NCBI RefSeq assembly: GCF_009914755.1
Contig: NC_060944.1
Source: the human T2T-CHM13v2.0 reference genome, Homo sapiens
DNA length: 64,000 nt
Reading direction: 5' to 3' (one strand)
The translations under genes were made by a program, and so were the position numbers. This document shows, in pieces, positions 55,291 to 64,000 of the stretch. Under the pieces are notes generated by a model that was not told where the DNA came from, searched no databases, and saw nothing but the letters and a program-made list of their open reading frames with translations. Numbering within the stretch: the stretch's first letter is position 1; each line of letters opens with the position of its first letter.

Positions 55291-55730
55291 CAAAATAAAA
55301 ATTAAGAATTCTTGGCCTCCACCTGCAGAGGATGACAAAAGCATGTCTTCAGTGTGCCTGCTGTGTGCTCTCATCGTGTTGGGCTCTGAAGATGCAGCAT
55401 TAAAACAAAACTCAGAAGTTCGTCTTCTGTTGTGCTTAGGGAATCCCAGACACAGTGGGAAGAACGGAATCAGGATTAGAAATTGGGGCTCAAAATGGGA
55501 TTGTCATTGGTGATTCTTCAGGGATCCCCTCAGTTTTTTGCTTGAATTAATTTTTATTGTTATTTTTCATAAACATCACATTTATTGACAGGCTGGGGTG
55601 GTGGATGAGGGACTGGGGAGAGGCTACAGGAAGGAAGAGATGGAGAGGAGGGATGTTTATATACTAAGCATTTGCTGTGTGTCTTAAATACACTCTCAGA
55701 TTTGAAACAAAAGTTCTGATAGAAAGTCAG

Positions 55731-56609
55731 TGTAGTGAATTCTTAGAGTTGTGTGTTGCCTCAGTATCCATTTTTGAATCTAATTTGGACCCTCTCTTAC
55801 CAGAAGCAGGGCTTAGTCACCCTTGACATGGTGTCCAGGGCTCCACCCCCTCCTGGTTCCTCAATGTGGCCGACCCAGATATCTGCCTTGTACACCCGCC
55901 TCCTGGTGACCACCGCCCTGTGGGACAGCCGCACAGAGCCCACTTGATAGCTGCACTGACTCCGCACCCCACAGGGACTTCCCAGACATGCTGCCATGCC
56001 CACCTGTCAGCCACAGGGACCCCACGGAGCCCGTGTCTGGTTGCTCTAAACCCACCAGTGAGAAGTCCCCTTGGGAAACCTGCTTGGGAAACACCCTGGA
56101 CCCTAATAAAGGCTTAGGCCTCAGGTCCCTCTCTCTCCCTTCACCCCCATCCAGGTGAGCGTTCGCGACCCAGACAGCTCCCCACTTTCTGCTGGCCCCG
56201 TGGGGCGCGCTGCCCTCTCCCTGGGATCTGTAAGTGACATGGTGCTTGTGTTGCTGCCTGTGTCTTCTTTTGTTGCCTCCTGCATCTCCCCTGACCCACA
56301 CCCCAACCCAACTCTCCTCCTGTCTGGGCCGTCCTAGAGAGTGGCTGTCTGGGTAGGAATAAACCGGACACAGGTCAGACGAGAGCCATAAGGTTGTCTG
56401 CCAGTTTAAACACATTTCCTTGTGAGAATTGGTGACATGTCCTTCACTTAGGCGTTAGGCAGCTCACCAGGATAACAAGTACTCCATGCAAGGCAAATGC
56501 TGCAAATGTCCACACTCACATCCCTTGGGTTCCCATCAGGGCAGGGTTAGAGTTTATAGACATTCTCCAGAAAGACACCTCAAGACCAAATCGAAGGAAA
56601 AGCACAACA
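55731..56609 (+). mobile_element. MER54-type ERVL solo LTR
   Basis: tgtagtgaattctt...ccagaagcagggcttagtcacccttgaca...cctcaagaccaaat...caaca; perfect 5-bp TSD gtcag (55726-55730, 56610-56614). Confidence 0.9.
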
Positions 56610-56675
56610 GTCAGGAATCAAAACAAATCAATCTAATTGATAAAGATTCTTTTCCACAATATGACATGCATGGGT

Positions 56676-56967
<292 letters not shown>

Positions 56968-57745
56968 TTACCAATGTCATTCGGCAGTTGGAGCCTGAGC
57001 TGAGAGGTTGGTGAAGGGACAGGGGAAATCACAGACTTGAGCACCAGTGAGCACTCGGCACTGGGCGTTTCCCTCTGATGCTGGGATTTTAAATACTCCT
57101 GCAATGCCTCCACCTCAGGAGCGCTGTGACTGCTCTTGAGGAAATGCGTCCTGATGTTCCTAGAGAAGGAAGCTGTCACTCTGAGGCCCTCCCAGAGGCC
57201 CTGCAGACACCGTTCATTATTTAGGCTTTGTCAGCAGGGAAGAAAAGCTGTGCATTTATGAAGCCCTTGAACCAGACCGCACTTTCCTTTGCTTTCCTTT
57301 GCAATGCTTTCTCCCACTCCCTCATGTTCACGTCCTTACAGCGCTGTGCACTTGTGCTATGCAAATTTAAATCATGCAACCCTGAAATAATATGGAAATC
57401 ACTTACGTTTTTGTGCAAAATGTAAAAGAATGTAAATGATGGAAATTAACATTTCATTCAGGATCACCAGATTTCAAGGCTGGCCAATTGCAGGCTGCAT
57501 TTTCATTGGGAATCCCCCAAAAAGTCCCATTAACTTTCAATCAAAGCCCTGCTGTTCATGTCAGGAATGGTCTTAGGTCAGGTGAGGGCAGAGTCTGCAA
57601 GACCCCTCACAGGACAGCCCTAGCATGGAATTTGCATGCAACATGCTCCTTCAGTCTGACCCGAATCTCAGGGTAAGTGGGCAGAGTTGCAAAGGTCCTC
57701 TTGACTGAGTCTCTTACTCCCATAGTTAAAATTCAAACTCAAATT

Positions 57746-57931
57746 CACTGGGTGTGGTGGTGCATGCCTGTAGTTCCAGCTACTCAGGATGCTGAGGTGC
57801 TGAGGTGGGAGGATAGTTTGAGCCAGGGAAGTCAAGCCTGTAGTGAATTGTGATTGTGCCACTGCACTCCAATCTGGGCAACAGAGCAAGACCCTGTCTC
57901 GAAAAAGAAAAAAAAAACGAAAACAAAAAAA
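57746..57931 (+). mobile_element. FRAM / Alu right monomer
   Basis: gtggtgcatgcctgtagttccagctac...gcaacagagcaagaccctgtctc plus an A tail. Confidence 0.88.
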
Positions 57932-57989
57932 CTCACCTTAGTGAATGAATGGAACCATCCTCTGTAAGAGTCTTTGTTATTATCATGAA

Positions 57990-58243
57990 TTTTTAAATTG
58001 ACAAATAAGAATTGTATATATTTATCGTGTATCCCATGATGTTTTGAAGAGCTTATTAATATACATTTTGGACTGGATAAATTGAGCTAATTAACATATG
58101 TATTACCTCACATACTTAGCATGTTTTGTAGTGTGAACACTTAAGATCTACTGCAGCAATTTTCAAGAATACCTTGCTATTAACTATATTCATTGTGCTG
58201 TACAATAGATCTCTTGAACTTACTCTATTTAACTGAAATGTTG
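57990..58243 (-). mobile_element. L1MA-type 3' end
   Basis: aattgtatatatttat...gagctaattaacatatgtattacctcacatactta...ctgtacaatagatctcttgaactta. Confidence 0.85.
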
Positions 58244-58684
58244 GAAGATTCCTGAAGGAAGGCTAATAGATAAATTGCACATGCCCTCCTTCCCCACAAC
58301 AAATGTGTTTTCCAGGCAAGGTCAGGCAAAGCCTATGAAAACTGTCATTACTCTAGGGAGTTATAAAGAGTTATAATCAAAATCACAATGCTTTATGATG
58401 AAGTTTTGGTTGCGCTTTGAAATATTTATAGATATTCATGACACTGAGTATCTAGGTAGCAACAACTAATTGTGCTTTCAATGAAAAGTTCCTATGGGAC
58501 ATCTTTTACCTATGCTGTATTAAGTTGGATTTTCCAAATCAAAGGGAATGCCCTCCATGGGAATATAAATTAATATAAATATATTGATTTTATCACTTTA
58601 TATTTTAACAGTGCTGGACAGTTTCCAAATGGCTTTCAAATGCATTGTTCCTTTTAATTCTCAGAATAACTTATAAGATCGTTA

Positions 58685-58953
58685 ATTAAGGCAGGGTAGG
58701 ATAGGCTTTACTGTGGGAACCAGTAAACCCCAATCTTTCAATGGTTTAGCCATGTCGCAGTCTGTTGCAGGCTTTGTTGTCATGTCCATCTGGTAGCTAC
58801 ACAATCCGGAGCCTGTGACCCCAAGGACAGCACAGTAAGGGAGGAGCTGCAGGAACACAGTGGAGATGGCTTTAGGGGCCAGTTTTAGAAGGTTTTCATT
58901 GCTGTTGCCCACACCCTCTGGGTCAGAAGTCAGTCACATGCCCCCTACCCAAA
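58685..58953 (-). mobile_element. MLT1 (K/L-like) MaLR LTR fragment
   Basis: ggataggctttactg...tgcccacaccctctgggtcagaagtcagtcacatg. Confidence 0.5.
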
Positions 58954-59213
58954 CAACCTGATGATAAAAAGGCACCAAAGCTTAGCATATACCTCACCAA
59001 AGAAGATATACAGATGGCACAAAGCATATGAAAAGACGGTCCACATCATATGTCTTCAGGGAAATGTGAAGTAAAACAGAACTGAGATACCACGACATAA
59101 TGAATAACCAAAATATAGCACACTAACAAACCAAGTTCTGACCAAGAGAAGGCAGCAAGTCAAAGCTTTCCTCTGTGCCCCGAAAGAGAAAATGTGTGCA
59201 GGTGAAATAGCAT

Positions 59214-59643
59214 TGCTATCATTTGCATATAGTTTGTTTGTCCCCACCAAGTCTCATGTTGAAATTGGATCCCCTATGTGTCAGTGTTGTGGGGGTGGGG
59301 CCTGGTGAGGGTGTTTGGGTCATTGGTGGATCCCTCATGAATAGATGAATGCCCTCCTTTGGGGTGAGTGCTCGCTCTATTAGTTCCCTCAATACCTGGT
59401 TGTTAGAAAGAGCTTGGCTCTCTGTCTTGCTTCCTCTCTCTTTCCTCTCTCTCGCCATGTGGTCTCTATAAACTAACTTTCCTTCACTCTCTGCCATGAG
59501 TGGAAGCAGCCTGAATCCCTAAACAAATGCAGATGCAGATGGAAATCGGGAACTTTTCCAGACATCAGAATCATGAGCCAGATAAATCCCTTTTCTTTAT
59601 GAATTACCCAGCCTCAGACATTTCTTTAAAATAGACTAAGGCA
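59214..59643 (+). mobile_element. MSTB-type MaLR solo LTR
   Basis: tgctat...tttgtccccaccaagtctcatgttgaaat...aattacccagcctcag...gactaaggca; perfect 5-bp TSD agcat (59209-59213, 59644-59648). Confidence 0.92.
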
Positions 59644-60819
59644 AGCATTGAGTATGTCTTAATCAATATTTACTTCAGCAAATTTTACTGAGCACCTGCT
59701 ATATTCCAGGCAACATGCTGGGTCTTAAGGGTACTATTCTTGTTCTTTTTAAACATTTAGAAAAGTGAGGCTTAAAATTGTTAAATGACTTTCCAAAGCT
59801 GCACTATTAATAAATTGGAGATTTGTATCTCAAATCAATTTTTTTTGTTCTCCAATTAACCATCCTCTTTTAGTTTCACTTGGTATCTTGACATAGGTAA
59901 ATAGATTTTCTTAAAAATTATTCTGATCAAAGAGTTTTTAATCCTGTGAAGAAAAGTATTCATGATAAATAGTTCTCTTTGTTTTCATGTCAACTACTGT
60001 TGACAGCAAAGGGACTTCTAAATGTGGTGTTGGCCTCTCTAGAAAGCAGGTGACAGAGAGAGTATTAATTTGACTTCTTCATTTGTGATGTGACTCTAAT
60101 ATATAGAATAAATGCCATGCCATTGAATAATTATATTCTGTGGGATTCCTTCTTGTAAAGTGGTGCCTTTTCAGTTCATGATCTTTCTAGCCATCAAGAT
60201 TCCTCCTTAACATGAACTAGAATGTTCAATTTGATTTCTAGATATTACTCCTTCTAGTACATTGGTAGCATTTGCAGGTTTAATTTTCTGCATTTCTGTT
60301 GCTTTCATCTGCAGACTTTAGGGCAAGTATATTGACTTTTCATTTGAAAATATTAATTAATTTCCTACTGGTTGTCTGGCATTGAGTTCCTTCAGATACT
60401 TTTTAAGCTAAAACCAAATATTTTATGTTATTTAAAAGAAAACCATTTTCATTTGAAAGCCATCAGGAATTTATGATATTGCATGTAGCATACTTAGTAA
60501 AAGAATATAACACATTAAATAGTGTAATTATTGCATAGAATTAACTATGCAATTTTCATGTTTTTAGATTATATTCACATGGTTAAAACATACCCAAAAA
60601 AGCAATAAATTAAAAATAACCTCTCAAGCTAGCACCCAGAGCTAGTCCAAATGTTTGCCTTTGGCAAAAATTAATTTAGGTCAAAATCTAAAAAAGACAT
60701 TCCTTATTAATAAAATCATGCCTGAGATAAGGGTTCATGCTCTAAGTCTGAGAAAAATACTGAACAGAGAGGACAAAAAACACTAAAACCAAGGTCAACA
60801 GATTCCATAGGCTCTGTCA

Positions 60820-63230
60820 ATAATTTAACTGCTTATCACAACAAAGCCCAACATCTTTCAAAGTAAGAGCTATAATCCAGATTCCCTGTAATATATAATT
60901 CACAATATCTAGAATGTGATTAAAAATTACTAGACATATAAAAAACCAGAAAAATATTACATATAATCTAGAGAAAAGAACATAGGCAAGAAAAAACTAA
61001 AAAACACCTGTAAAGTTCACAGTCCAGAGGCACAGGCTCCCGGAAAGGATGATGCCTGATTATGTGGCTGCAGAGTAATTCCCCTCCCGGATGCCCTGCC
61101 ACTATGGTACTAAAGGCCTAGATACAGCAATTCCTTTTATCCAGCACATCATATCTGTCTTTTAAAAATAACAACAAAAAAATTTACAAGGCATACTGAA
61201 AGGCAAAAAAATACAGTTTGAAGTGACAGAACAAGAATCAGACATGGCAGGGATATTGAGATTATCAGACAGGGAATTAAAACAACTATGATCAATATGC
61301 TAAGGGCTCTAATAGATAAAAGAGACAGAAGAGAAATGTAAACAGAGATGGAAAGTATAGCAGCTTTATTCAAAATTGCCAAAACTCAGAAGAAATCAAG
61401 ATGTTCTTCAGTAGATAAGCATATAAATAAGCTGTGATACATCCAGCCAATATTATTCAACACTAAAAGGAAATAAGCTACCAAGCCATTAAAAGATATG
61501 AAGGAAACTTAAGTTCATACTACTAAGTGAAAGAAGCCGTTCTGAAAAGGCTACATTCTGTATGTAGCTTTTATTCCAAATATATGACATTCTGGAAAAG
61601 GCTAGGGGTTAAGAAGGTGCCATGGGCTAGGGGTCAGGGAGGGATGAATAGGCATAGCACAGAGGATTTTTAGGGCAGTAAAAATACTCTGCATGATACT
61701 ATAATGGTAGATATATGTCTGCATACATTTGTCCAAATTCAGAATGTACAATATCAAGACTGAACCCTAATACAAACTATGGGCTTTAGGTGGTAATGAC
61801 ATGTCAGTGTAGGCTCATTGATTGTAAAAAATCCACCACTCTGGTGTGGGGTGTTAACAATGGGGGAAGCTGGGCATGTGTGGGTCATGGATTATACAGG
61901 TATTCCTGTACCTTTCTCTCAATTTTGCCGTCAACCTAAAACTGCCCTAAAACAATATAGTGGTTTTTTGTTTGTTTATGTTTTTGGTTTTTTTGTTTTT
62001 TTAAGTAGTCAATAGAAACATACCCAAAGCTGATTCAGATATAGAAATTAGTATTTATGTAGCACTTATAATTGTGTTCAAAGACTTAAAGGAAAAGTTG
62101 AATGTAATGAATATACAGATGGAGAATCTTGGTGGAAAAAAAATGAAAATTACAAAAGAACCAAATAGAAATTCTAGAACTGAAAATTACAATACATAAT
62201 CAATCACAGACCAATAGAAATTATGCAACCTGAAGGTTAGAAAGAAAAAAATGTTTGGAAAATGTGAAAAGAGCATAAATTACCTATGGCATAATATCAT
62301 TTGGGTAATTGGAATTTCAGTAGGTAAGGATAATGAGAATTGGGTAGCAAAATATGTGAAGAAATGATGGCTGAATTTTTTTTCATTAATGGAGAAAAAC
62401 ATCAACTTACAGATAAAGGCGTATTAGCAAATCTCAATCAGAATAAATACAATGAAATCACTAGACTCAGACACACTGTGAAAGTATCTAGAGGAAAAAA
62501 GATGTGTTGTCTCTGGGGAGCAACCATACAAATAATAGTGTACTTCTCATAAGCAATGGATCAAAAGACAGGCAGATGGCAGCTTCTAGGTGCTAGAAGA
62601 AAAAAGGTGTTACTCCATAGCCTATATATTACAAAAATATCCTTATAATATAAGGATGAAATAAAAACATTTACAGAACAATGAAAGCTGAGAAAAGTTG
62701 TCACCCACAGACCTCCGCGACAATAAATACTAAAAGAATTCCTTCAGGCTGAAGGGAACTGGTAGCCAGATGGATAAATGAATCTACAGGAAGGAAAAGA
62801 AGCACTGGAAATGTCAAGTAAGTGGGTAAAGATAAAAGATTATATTTATTGTTCTTATAGCATCCTTAAAAGATAGCTTAATGTTTAAAAAATATATAAT
62901 AACATGATGCTGGGAGACATAGCATATTTACAAGAATATATACTGTAAAAGTATGAATTATGTGAGATAAAAGAAATTCTTCTGTAATGTTTGAACATTT
63001 TATATGAAGTGATACAATGTTCATTGTATGTAAACTATAGGAAATTAAGCTGCATATCGAAATTCCTAGAACAACCACATAAAAATAAAATGATAGTAGA
63101 CAACACTAATTGCCTCAAAAGAAGGTGACTAGGAAAAGAGAAAGAGAAATAAAAAAATACAGAAGCCAATAGTAAAATGAACCAATTAGTGTAATTGGTT
63201 ATGATAGATAAGTATAACATAGTAATATAC
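60820..63230 (+). mobile_element. Ancient L1ME-like ORF1 region split by an L1MC insertion
   Basis: aaaattactagacata...ctagagaaaag (to ~60978) resumes as tagtcaatagaaac (~62005), then aaatagaaattctagaactgaaa...cttcaggctgaagggaa. Confidence 0.65.
60980..61962 (+). mobile_element. L1MC(1/2)-type element with 5'UTR/ORF1 start joined directly to the 3' end
   Basis: aagttcacagtccagaggcacaggctc...atgctaagggctctaat...gagatggaaa | tatagcagctttattc...gcacagaggatttttagggcagt...aacctaaaactgc. Confidence 0.75.
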
Positions 63231-63465
63231 TTAAAACCATACATACTTACATATTTTTATTTATAAATATAAGTTATAAATTCCTATAAACATTATAGCA
63301 CATACCATATAGTTATATATGCATATATACTTATATATAATTATAATCTGTATTATACATAATAGAATGTATAAAACATAAGACCTAGTTTCTCAAAGAG
63401 AGGAATCAACCTGAAGCAAACAGACCCACTGAAATTATGTTAAATGTAGGAACAGGTCAGCTTAA

Positions 63466-63594
63466 TCCATTTGTTCTGGAGGTTTCAAATTTTTTCTGTG
63501 AAAAATCAGACCTTGGAGATGATCTTGAGCAGTAGGATATAAATAACTCCCACAAGCCTAGTGTTCCAATAACGGAACACCAGGCATAAATGGG
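63466..63594 (-). mobile_element. MER85 piggyBac-family MITE
   Basis: TTAA TSDs at 63462-63465 and 63595-63598; intact ggcataaatggg terminus; body aatcagaccttgg...ttgagcagtaggatataaataactcccaca; internal palindrome at 63563-63578. Confidence 0.93.
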
Positions 63595-64000
63595 TTAAAA
63601 CACATCTCACTGGTAATCAGCAGTGAGAATAATAAAGACATTGCATTCATGAAACAAGAACAGGCTGATAAGGAAAAAAAAGCATCCAGAGAACAAGAAA
63701 GAGGATGGGAGAACCTAAAACATCACTGCTGAGGTTATACACATGCATGTGCCCGCAGGCACATGTGTGTGTGGAAAAGCAGAATGCGCAGTGATAGGTA
63801 CTGAGCCACGCAGACACAAACATGAAGCTCTTCTGGAAAGTGGAGCAAAACGAGAGACGCGTTTCCACAGTCAATAGATGAGTGTGTCTGATTCAGAGCA
63901 CAGATCTTGCCCCGTATGTATATCCAGGTAGCTCCTGAGAAAGTCTGTCTTACTCCTTCCTCTCCAGGCCATTTGGCTGACTTTTCTTCTCTACAGGTTT

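Noticed and set aside
55861-56415. 184-aa minus-strand ORF
   Set aside because: Lies wholly within the MER54 LTR, antisense, with no recognisable protein similarity.
60530-60553. 9-bp-arm inverted repeat attgcatag...ctatgcaat (and a similar one at 6044-6060)
   Set aside because: Short AT-rich inverted repeats are expected by chance in 64 kb; no further context.

Overview
This is primate (probably human or other catarrhine) non-coding genomic DNA, not microbial. I see no credible intact protein-coding gene, rRNA, intact tRNA or CRISPR array, and I cannot name the locus. A large part of the window is recognisable transposable-element sequence: a 5'-truncated L1PA (~30114-34490, minus strand), older L1M fragments, Alu/FLAM/FRAM, MIR and L2, solo LTRs (THE1A, two MST, MER11, MER54, an ERV1 MER4-group LTR, LTR16, LTR33) and DNA-transposon MITEs (MER85, MER58B, MER5, MER63, Charlie1-derived). 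Nearly all long ORFs in the track are artefacts of repeats or L1 remnants. Points worth a second look: (1) a tailless 5'-half tRNA-Gly(TCC) retrocopy with a 13-bp target-site duplication (TSD) at 35423-35484; (2) a 46-bp VNTR with nested 23/46/230-bp periodicity whose minus strand carries a ~308-codon ORF starting at a Kozak-context ATG; (3) a heavily decayed retroviral-type RNase H/integrase fossil at ~1-1330; (4) a candidate TATA promoter with a two-exon transcript and a 79-aa small ORF at 53.6-54.4 kb; (5) a perfect 18-bp double-octamer palindrome; (6) a MER85 retaining its internal palindrome. Repeat family names come from recalled consensus sequences, not a database search. Boundaries without a TSD are approximate. 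I found no evidence for a wholly new biological system.
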